Positions 53,801 to 64,000 of a stretch of DNA of 64,000 nucleotides are shown piece by piece. This stretch comes from Trichoplax sp. H2 (taxonomy: Eukaryota), in NCBI GenBank assembly GCA_003344405.1, contig NOWV01000215.1:1-64000 (forward strand), written 5' to 3'. Position numbers and translations under genes: made by a program. How positions within the stretch are numbered: the stretch's first letter is position 1; every line of letters starts with the position of its first letter. The notes under the pieces are model-generated. The model did not search any database and was not told where the DNA came from. It was given only the letters and a program-made list of their open reading frames with translations.

Positions 53801-55532
53801 TAAGTACTAGCATGTGATAATATTATTCATATGCACTGTTTTTATTTAAGTATATAGACTAAATGTTAAATAATCTTATTTAATATTATATATTTTATTT
53901 AGGTGTATTTGCCATGCGTACTACAAACGAAAAAACGCTATGTTGGATTTGCATATGAAAAAGAAGATCAATTTGAACCAATTTACGATGCAAAAGGAAT
54001 AGAAACTGTTCGCAGAGATGGCTGTCCAGCTGTTGCGAAAGTATATATATGTCTATTATCATAAAGAACTTAATTGAGGAGGCTGTATTAATTATGCAAT
54101 CTAAATTGTTAACGAGAATATTTTTATCGCTGTCTACTTTTCAGATATTAGAAAAATCTATCAAGATGTTATTTATGCAACGAGATGTATCATTAATAAA
54201 GAAATTTGTATTGAGGCAATGTCAAAAATTAATTGATGGTAAAGCCAGCACAAAAGATTTTGTTATCGCTAAAGAATATCGTGGGCGTAGCTCATACAAA
54301 CCGGGGGCTTGTGTTCCCTCATTGGAGATCTCAAAGTAGGTTCAACGGAGGAATATAGCTCACAGTTACGGATGATAAATAGTACTAGCTGTTAATGCAA
54401 AGGATATTGAAACTAATGAAGTGTTCTATATTATGAAACTTTAGGAAATTACTAGCTACTGATAAGCGGGCTGAACCGCGAGTTGGTGAACGTGTACCGT
54501 ATGTTGTGGTATATGGAATGCCCGGCTTGCCATTGATACGTTTGGTTCGAAGGTAAAGGAGTTAATACAGTAATAGCTGCTCTAGTTCGTCAATTATAGT
54601 ATTCATTAAGTCGTTATATATTTTTAATACTGACAGTATTTTTGGCTACTATGATAGGCCTATTGAATTCTTAAGCGATCCAAGTTTAAGGTTAAATGCA
54701 GCATATTACATTACGAAACAAATTCTTCCCCCTCTTAATAGAATATTTTCGCTTATCGGTGTCGATACAAATGCATGGTGAGCAATTCATTGCGTAAAAA
54801 GTTACCTTCATAAAATCCTACGTTTAACAATATTATCTAAATCCTAGTCATATAGCATAATTATATTCGAATATATTATAAGTAGTTAGGTCTCTTTTTA
54901 ACTTGATAAACGTAAAATTTGAATTAGACATTTTTTACCTTGCTTTGTTCTATCTTTTAGGTATAATGAATTACCGAGATCCCTCCGTTCGGCGGCTTTT
55001 GTCCCTCAAAGTAACGATCTAATTCAAAAGGTTTGTCTTTGTCCTCATAATACTTATAAAGTTGTTGATTATCTATCAATTCGTTATTAATAGTTTATAT
55101 GTGAACATTTTAGGCCACAATCTCTCAATATTTTAATAGTTTAAGATGTCCTATATGTGAAATTGTTACAAATCATGGTATTTGCTGTAAATGTCAATCT
55201 GATCCTCAGAAGGCTATTTTATTAATACAAGATCGTCTACGCTTGATGGAACGTGCTCATTGCAAGATGAAGGAGGTAATGATCTTAAACAGTAACCGGT
55301 ATACCATTAAATGATTCAAATTAATCATTTGTGGTACTTAAATTTATTGTGTACTAAGTAGATCATTATCATTTCATAGTTATGTTATCAATGCATTGGG
55401 GTTCGCCTTTGTGATGTCCAATGTGAATCATTGGATTGTCCTATTTTATTTAAAGTACTGAAGGCAAAGCACGAATTAGTACAAGCTTCGCATTTACGAA
55501 AAGTGATTGAAGTATTTTCTAGCAGAAGTTAA
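44883..55532 (+). CDS. REV3L: DNA polymerase zeta catalytic subunit, copy 1 (complete, multi-exon)
   Basis: [90 protein letters not shown]; motif [18 protein letters not shown]; motif [16 protein letters not shown]; motif [20 protein letters not shown]; CysA CPIC..CCKC and CysB CYQC..CESLDC; stop TAA at 55530-55532. Confidence 0.96.
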
Positions 55533-56914
55533 GTTTTGGGAGTCACTAATTTCTTACATAATTTACTAATCTCTAGAAATGAAATTTCTAGATTAAATTA
55601 TTAGCTCTTTAAGATGTTTTTGTTTAATTTATATTATTGGACAGATAGGAAAATAACCTAGTTTGGCCAGTATTTAATCTAAGTTAACATTTTATTTTAT
55701 ATTTTAACTAGCCGAATCCACACACCCAGTTGTGTATTAAACATATCTATTACATAGTCAGATCAGATCAATATTGGATCTAAAATTTTATTTAGAGCGG
55801 TAAAACCGCTTTATGCCTTGCTCTGTAAACTACATGAAGCATGTATCTGAATTACTGATGCATATTTTAGCATAAGGAGAAAGTAGTGCATGCGCTACCG
55901 TGCTTCTTATCTCATAGGGCATGCATTTATTTTATTATAAGAGCAATCGATTCATCGAACGTTCTACCTAGTGTATTTCCAGTTAGCTTAATTGTTTGGC
56001 TAATGAAATAATTTTGTCAATATAATGTTGATGTACTGTCTATTTATTGTTTCCATCTTCATTTTAATTATGTCACTATATCTCCTTTTATATTATTTGT
56101 TAATTATTATTTATTTATTACTTCTCATTTATCAAGATCATAAAATTATTTTCAGCTTCTCAATATGTGTAGATCGTCTAGATCCTAAATTACTCGACTT
56201 CTTAATGATCTCAATACTTGAAAATAGCTTTACTACTAATTAAAATCATTTGCAGTTTCGATAGGCACATCGCCTCCATCGTAGGTTACTCGTCTACTAT
56301 ATTATCTCCATACATGAAAATAATCTTGCAACTATTGGAGATCGTCGAATCTGTAGGAGTGTTTTGATATGTACTGTAGTTCAATATCCTTTTCATATGA
56401 CTAATTTGACAAGGAGGTACGAAGTGCCTTGTGGTGTTTGCTATAATCAATTTTTGTATCATTTAAAGTCAGTTACAGCTGCTTGACCCTGATGAAACTT
56501 TAACCCGAATAATTGTAACCGGTTAAAATGAATTCAGAATTGATTGTGGTAGACATGACTAGAAATTTCGTACCTTGATGAATATCAGAGGAACGGTACA
56601 TATTTTTTTGTTTACTTCAATACTTTAGAAAGTAAAGACATGAACTGTCGTTACGGTACGGTATAGTGCTCGAGTAAGAAGAAAAAGTTTCTTTACTTCT
56701 ATGACAGCACCATAGATGCACAAAGAAAATGCCTTAGAAGTTAGAACTTTGAATAGGGCGTAGTTTTTCTTCAAGTGCAGGAGAATGAAAGATACTTAAC
56801 TGGTAAACTACAGCCTTGATCTAGCCTAGACTAAGTCCATGATTATGAATTAGATGTATTGCCTATACTGTAAGACCAATTAATTAATTATTCGATCCGT
56901 CATTTCGTTCCGGA

Positions 56915-57005
56915 TACTGTCGACTACAGTACACAGTACTCTAATTTACAATACATTTTACTGTACTGTACTAAACGTGAGCATGATTAAACGTACAGTA
57001 CAGTA
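56915..57005. repeat. TACAG/CTGTA array upstream of REV3 copy 2
   Basis: TACTGTCGACTACAGTACACAGTAC...TACTGTACTGTAC...GTACAGTACAGTA. Confidence 0.7.
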
Positions 57006-57402
57006 TTTCGAATATTACAAATACTACCTAGCCAAATCGTGGAGGCCATCATCGCTGATTAGAGCAAGGCTGATTTCGTTGTATAATATATTCTTCATGT
57101 TATTGGGCTATTTAGGAATCCTTGATATTGTTAAGATATAGATTGATCAGAGGTAGAATAATTGTAGTATTAACGTATGGTGAAATATTGCATCAATGGT
57201 TCTACTATATTACCAGCCTTTTAAGGTACAGATAGATGGAGGTCCATGAATTGCAAGAAAGGAAAATTAGTCTCCGATTAAACCTTGGAGTAGCAAGCCA
57301 ACATGACAGTCGTGACTTATTGTAGAAGTGTTCAGGTGTCCAAGATTGACAGCAAATAGTCATTTCTTGGAAGAGTATTCGGAATATTAATCCGTTGCCA
57401 TA

Positions 57403-60400
57403 ATGTTCTCAATCAGAATTTTTACTATCGATTTCTATATGAGTAGACCGGTGCCTAAGCTGGATGTTTGTTATTCACCATTTCGTAAGACATCGGTCAA
57501 GCGTGTACCTATTTTGCGAGTATTCGGTCCAACACCAGCTGGTCAAAAAGCATGTTTACACATTCATGGTGTTTTCCCTTACTTATACGTTCCTTATGAT
57601 GGCTCACAACCTGTTGATAAGTACTTAGAAGAATTTGCTCTTAGTATTGATAAAGCAATTAACGCCTCAATGAGTGAGTCTAATGCAGCTTCCAGTAATT
57701 CATGGCATCAGCAAACGGTCTTTAAAATATCGCTTGTTAATGGAGTGTAAGTATTTCATTTTTTGTGCATTTTAGTATCCATTTAGAATATGCTTTCGTT
57801 GTACTTGGCTTATGTAGGACAGTACTTGGGATGAGATATTCCTAACTCATATGATCGAGTAGGTTATTGACAATGTCCAATGTACAGTACTGTACTTTAT
57901 ATAATACTAGTAACGTTTGACCACTGATGATGTCATTGTTGGCAAATTTCATCCATTCTCTTTCATAACTATCATATGATATAGGAAGCTAAGTACAGTA
58001 TAGTTATGTTTGATTGTAACTCATTTTTCTTTGGTTCGATAGGCCAATGTATGGTTATAATCCAAGCCCTAGGCCCTTTTTAAAAATTTACATTTATAAC
58101 CCTAACCTGGTGGGCAGGTATGTGAATTATGTGACTTTGCGTAAGTGCAGTATGAATTAAGATAACTTAAACTCATGCTATAGAATATATTTTTTGCAGT
58201 GTATATTCACATGAAAGTATAGTGCAGTTATTACTAAAGTGATACAAAGTATTAAAATTAGCTACGCTCTCTGGGCTACTGTAATGCATCATTCGTAATT
58301 GATCGCATTTTCATTAAAAAATTGGTATTGATCTTGAAGAATTGCAGATTTGCTCTTAACTGGAGCTGTCATGAATAAAGTCTTTCAACCTCATGAAGCT
58401 CACCTGCCATTTACATTACAGGTAAAAAGATATAAAGTCTTTATATGGTTAATAGTATATAAAGTCTTTATATGGTTAATAGTGAAGATAATACTTAATC
58501 TTTCTCATTCAGTAATGTACTATTGCAATGTTACCACATTCCAAATTTAAATGTAACCCCACTTTAAGTTGATTTAATGGAAAAATGCGCTCGATATCAT
58601 TGGATCTAATGCTGTAATATATATGTTCTCTCATGCATAACGTTATAAACAACTCATCACTAACTCCGAGTATCTCTAAAACAATACACTGTATGGCACT
58701 GTACTGTATCTTATATATACTTGAGATTTATAATTAAAGCACTACAAAATAATTACTGTTATAGTAGACTAGCATTATGCGATGAAAATAGTCCACGTAA
58801 TTTAGAAAGTTATAACATAACACCATGTGGTATCTGCTGTGGAAATCTATTAATACTCAGAGGTTTTGTATGACGAAGTAAAAACAAATTAAAATGGAGT
58901 GGATAATATAATTGATGGAACTGGCCCTTTACCTTTATTTTTGGCTTAATATTATTTTTCCAAGTTTTTCATCGATTACAACCTCTATGGAATGAATTGG
59001 ATTAAGTTAAATGCCGTAAAATTCAGGATAACGGATGATATACAAGGTAGCACTGCTCTGAATTGATATTTAGCGTAATAAAATATGCGAGATAATTTGT
59101 AGCCAAGGAAATTCCTTTCGTTTTCCTTACAGATATGATGTCATCAGAGATGACCGATTTATTCGTTGTGGATAATTGTTCCTTGCCATCGACTGCTCTA
59201 CAACCTTATCTCACTCCAGGTGAAAAGATTTGGAACAATCAAACTATCTCTGAGTAAGTAATACACTATAAACGACTAATACTTGTTAATGCAATATCCG
59301 GCTTGTGCCTTGGTAAAAGCTGTGTGTTAATTTTTATTGTTAGTCCAAGTTAGCTAGATAATGTGATATTATTTTAATATTGCTCTTTGGAAATTGATAT
59401 AATTAACTATCGTACTACGTGTTAGTTAAAACGCTAATAAATCTTTTGCATGAACAGGCAAGATTGTTTAAGTGAATTAGAACGTACCAGCAGCTGTGAA
59501 GTAGAAGTCGATGCTGTTGCGGCTGATATTATCAATCGGCATAATTTAATAAGTATGTATCTTATGGCTGATAGAGCCATACTGTTCACTATTAGATCTG
59601 AACAGTGCTTTCTGCGTAATTAGATCAGGTCGGTATTAACCCTGGAATTCAAGCCTTGTGGGATGATGAACGACAACGACGACATGACAGAAATGAATCT
59701 TCTCAGTTAATGAAAAATCCTTCCCAAGGTTAACCTTACTTTAAGAATTCAGCTTAAAAGTGATACTGCCACTTATGAGAACGTCATCCTTAGTATCAGG
59801 GTGATCATCAATAAATTCATGCATTTTTGTGATTATATAGAACGAGAAGATCCTGTTGTTTTAGAGACTGAACAGCTTTTCCTGAAGCAGATTGATAAAA
59901 TTATCTATGGTTATGATGAAGCACTAAAGTAGGTTGCAATTTTGTTGTATTTGTTACAAATTTGTTACTTGAACGCACTTTGATTTACACTAAAGAGAAG
60001 CAATTTCTACAACAGGAATGAGAATTACGTAAAAAAAGATGATTCTATTCAAGTCAATGTAACTGCAGCATTAGCTTTTGGGAACGATGCTCATACGATT
60101 CAGTCTGGTACATTTTTGTGATTAATTAGATGTTATAACGCCTTTATGATCGACAATATTTTGAAGTAACAAGACAGAATCTTTGACGATACGCATATTG
60201 AAATTGGATATTTTATGCAATATTGTTATTATTATTAATAAAGATTCGTTAATAATATTCCACTTGATTAGACAAAGACAGTTACGACATTTGTCAAGCT
60301 GATGACAGCCAGTTTGTTAAACCATCTGAATTAAACTCAAGTTTGAATGAAACTATAGACCTTTACGAAGGTACTTGGATATTGTTCCTTGCCGACGAGA

Positions 60401-63400
60401 AATGCCTTGTTAGCTGGATAAATTTAACCGCTTCATTACTTTACAGATGAGGGCTCTATTGATCCGGATCTAGTCCAACTTGTTGCAGGTTTGGCAGACG
60501 ACATTTCTAGTAGTCAAATATGTGAGACCATACCTGATGATGGCGAAGTTAGTGTTCTCTACGGTAGCGGTGCTATTAATGACTCCATGTCTGACGAAAA
60601 GCTGCGGTTGGAAAAGGAGGAATTAGAGGAAAGTCTGGAAATGTCTCAGGCGTGGAATTGTAAAAGTACCATTACAGAAAACTTGAACGATTCGTAAGTA
60701 TTGCATAAAGTCAATGCTACAAAATTAGATTTATTTTAGCCGCAAAGAAAAGTACTTCTACTTGAGTACCAAGAATTACGTACTTCTGGCATATTATGTT
60801 ATCAAAGATATGCTTATTAACCTAAAGCCATTTTAATTTTGTAGGTTAAGCTCTCAAAATATGTTATTTACTTCTCCGGAATCTACCTCTGGCGATGCAA
60901 GTCATATATTCCAGCTAGATGGCGCAGACGATTCTTCGTCAACGGAGAGTCTAGAAGATGCTGCAAGTGATTTATCAAGTAATGACCAACCAGTTACGCA
61001 TAAGTTAGCAGATAGTTTGACCAAATTGAAGAGAATTCGCAGGAAAAGCTCGGTAGTCAACCAGATGGTGACATCTATACCTGTGACTCCAGGCAAAGAT
61101 GATAAATCGTTAGACATTCCGCATCGATCGCAACAATCCGATCATGAAAGTAAAATAAATCGCAAAAGAAAATTGCAACCAATAGTAGCCGTTGCACAAA
61201 TTATTTCTGGTAAAGGTAATACAAAATTACCGATCGAATCAACTAATCAGAAAGTGACGTCCACTGCTCAAACAGATGATGAAAAAAGCTTAGCGGTAGC
61301 AAAGATAAAATCTGTACCAGTTCTCAAATTTTTAGATAGGAATACAAAAACTGATATTTTTGACGGAACATTTGATTCTCAAATGAGGGATGAGTTGGTA
61401 GTTGATGATATGCAAAGTTTAGAAAAGTCGGATCATTCGTTAAGCGCGAGTCAGGTACAAAGTCCTAGCAAGAAATTAAAGGGACAAGGTATTGACGATA
61501 GGACAATGAAAAGTTGTGATTTTAATTTTGATGAACAAATGAGAAGAGATTTTCGTGTTGATAAAAACACCGCTAATATTCATGGGAAGAAACAACCGCT
61601 AGCAACTCAACGTGGTAACGCGACATTGATGCGCTATTTTAGCAAGGTCACAAAGGTGCAACAGGACGGTCATTCTGAGGTGGCAACCCCGACCAATTTA
61701 AATCAAACTTTAGGAAAGCAGGATGACATAACCAATACAATAAATGATACTTCAAATACGACTGCAGTAGCATCAAATGCAAGTAATGACGAAAATTTAT
61801 TGCATAGTCCAGCTGAATCATTGCTATGGTCATCTCTTGGCTCTGGCAGTATTACATTTCCTACCTGTAATAATAGGACTACGTCAGAAGATGTCATGGT
61901 CAACTTATCATTTCCGTCTCCAATACATAGCTCGCCTAATAGTACTACACCGCCATTAGCGAATTCTCCGAATCAACATAGCAATACCAGCGATAGCTAC
62001 TTTGTTGGAAGGGCAGCATCGCAAATAGGAGAGAATATGCATCGTCATAATGAAAGTCAACTTGAATTATGTGAAAGTTTAGAGCCGTTGTCTTCATTTG
62101 GTTCAGTTCGTGAAGGTAATGATGCTCATGATACTACATTAGATTCTGATATTCGGCCAGTTTTGACCAGTTCCCTAGAAGATAAGAAATCACAGCTTTC
62201 GAGTGCTCTACCTGTGAAAATTCAAACTGATATTAGTTATAGGAATCTCTGCTACAGGTTAATAAAAGAACTTAACTGAAAATTCTACATTTATTTATTT
62301 TGTATTTCTCTACCACAAAAGATATCTTTTTACGACAAATTGTTTCTTTAATAGCCTACCTTTAAATGAATCTGGTGTTTGGAGACCGAATTGCGATCCA
62401 CCGTCAAAAGAAGATATCTTGTCAACTTGCTCACAAGTTGGTGTACTAGGGGCTAAATTTGTTGAACCATATTGTAGTGAGGCGGTAGATATACCTCGGC
62501 GACCAAAGTAAGATTTATTTGAGAAAGGAGTATTTAATGTTAAATCCAAATAAAAGTCGAAGAATACGGTAGTGTTTCAACGTGTTTATGCATGTATTTA
62601 AATTATTACTTAACTAAATAGCATCATTGTAATTAATGTGTACAGAGAAATTCAAGGCCGATTTTTGAGGGTTAAATCAGATAAGGTTAGTTGTGTGAGT
62701 TAAAATGTTATAGACGATTGGAATGCCTTAAGCTTATACGGTATACTTCGCTTGCTCTTTCAAATATGTAACTTATATTGCACCTGGCCTTGATGGAAAG
62801 ATTTCAGAGCTACCGAAATTCGAATCTGGAAATAATAACACTGTATATATTAGTGGCTTAAGCCATTGGCAACTTATTTTAAGCAATAGCATTCATCCGT
62901 ACTTACGTCATTTTATGAAATCAAGTTACAATGACTTAAATTATGATCGTAAAGTGCCGAAGGAAATTCTCCCGGTAATTAACTCTGTGCGAAAAGCGGA
63001 TGCAGTTATTACACCCTGTAAAGGTCCACCCACTAGAAAATCTATTTGTAATGACATCGAAAAGAGATGGAAAAGTAGCAAAAAGGTAGTCAAATTAAGT
63101 GCGTCGACAGAATCGAAAGAACAGTTTTTACCTGAAGACTATTCGATAAACGTAAGTAATTTTAATATATTTCGGTCATTATAAATTTTACCTTACTTTA
63201 AACATCGGCGCCGTTTGTTTGTATATGCTATTTATTTAGTTTCAAGATGATACCAGAAAACTGAATCGTGTTAGGGGTCTCGATACACACGATTGTGATC
63301 TTGTGATACGAAGTAGTTTTCACAATCCAAAGGATGGAAAAGCTTCACGAGAGGTTTTTTTATCGTAATACTCTTCAATGATAATTAAATTAATTAATAT

Positions 63401-64000
63401 ATAATATAAATGCAGCCTCCGATGAGTTCAGCTTTAATACAACAGTAATGTTTTTCAATTAGGTTGAACATTTAACGACTTTAAGTTTGGAATTACATAT
63501 TGGAACCAGGAAGGATTTGTCTCCTGATCCAGAATTCGATTCAGTTTTGGGGATATTTTATCATGTTCATAGAGATATTCCTGATGGTGATGCCTTAAGG
63601 AAAGAGATTACAGGAATGATTTTGGTCGATACGAAATTGCAGAAGGTTCCATCATCCTTGCATGAGCATGATGAATTGAATATAGCTGATTTGGGTTTGA
63701 CTAGCACACAAAAATCAGCGACGATAGATAACGACCCAACAGTAGAAGAGGAACACCGCTCAAGTAGTAGCTTCAGGTCTCGTAAATCCCAGTACCAGAG
63801 ACAATTGCTCGCGAGATGTGGTGTGAGTGATGTGATCGCAGAATATGTAGCGGATGAAATTTCCTTATTGCTAGCACTTGTTAGACTAATCAGAAGGTCA
63901 TTATATATTTTAATCATGCTTACTTATGTTTTATCCAGCAAGGCTAAATGCGATCTACACTGTTCTTTTCAGATGGGATCCAGACATCTTAGTCGGGTAC
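57403..64000 (+). CDS. REV3L: DNA polymerase zeta catalytic subunit, copy 2 (5' part; continues past the window)
   Basis: [115 protein letters not shown]; the window ends in WDPDILVGY. Intron positions largely mirror copy 1. Confidence 0.93.

Noticed and set aside
55790..55915. Small hairpins downstream of REV3-1 (possible Helitron end)
   Set aside because: Stems are short and lack a correctly spaced CTRR terminus or any other supporting element feature.
58428..58483. Exact ~27-bp tandem duplication extending the ORF 58350-58550
   Set aside because: It lies inside a REV3-2 intron after the donor near 58422 and looks like ordinary slippage.

Overview
AT-rich eukaryotic (animal) DNA with many short GT-AG introns. 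Compact gene structure and composition suggest a placozoan such as Trichoplax, which is an inference. Left to right, the window holds: a frameshifted copy and an intact intronless ankyrin-like + DUF4246-type (putative 2OG-Fe(II) oxygenase) gene, which belong to an old ~4.85-kb tandem duplication that also carried the last exon of LSD1; LSD1/KDM1A (-); TMEM181 (+), with an AT-AC minor-spliceosome intron; RWDD1 (+); a two-domain GH31 sucrase-isomaltase/maltase-glucoamylase-like gene (-) with a very long Ser/Thr stalk, an apparently inactive first catalytic domain and a 3.5-kb intronless middle exon; RCAN/calcipressin (-); tRNA-His(GTG) inside a 47-bp inverted repeat; an intronless orphan multipass membrane gene (+); and two tandem, diverged DNA polymerase zeta catalytic subunit (REV3) genes, the second running off the window end. 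Arrays of TACAG/CTGTA pentamers sit just upstream of almost every gene start. Exon boundaries were read by eye and are approximate.
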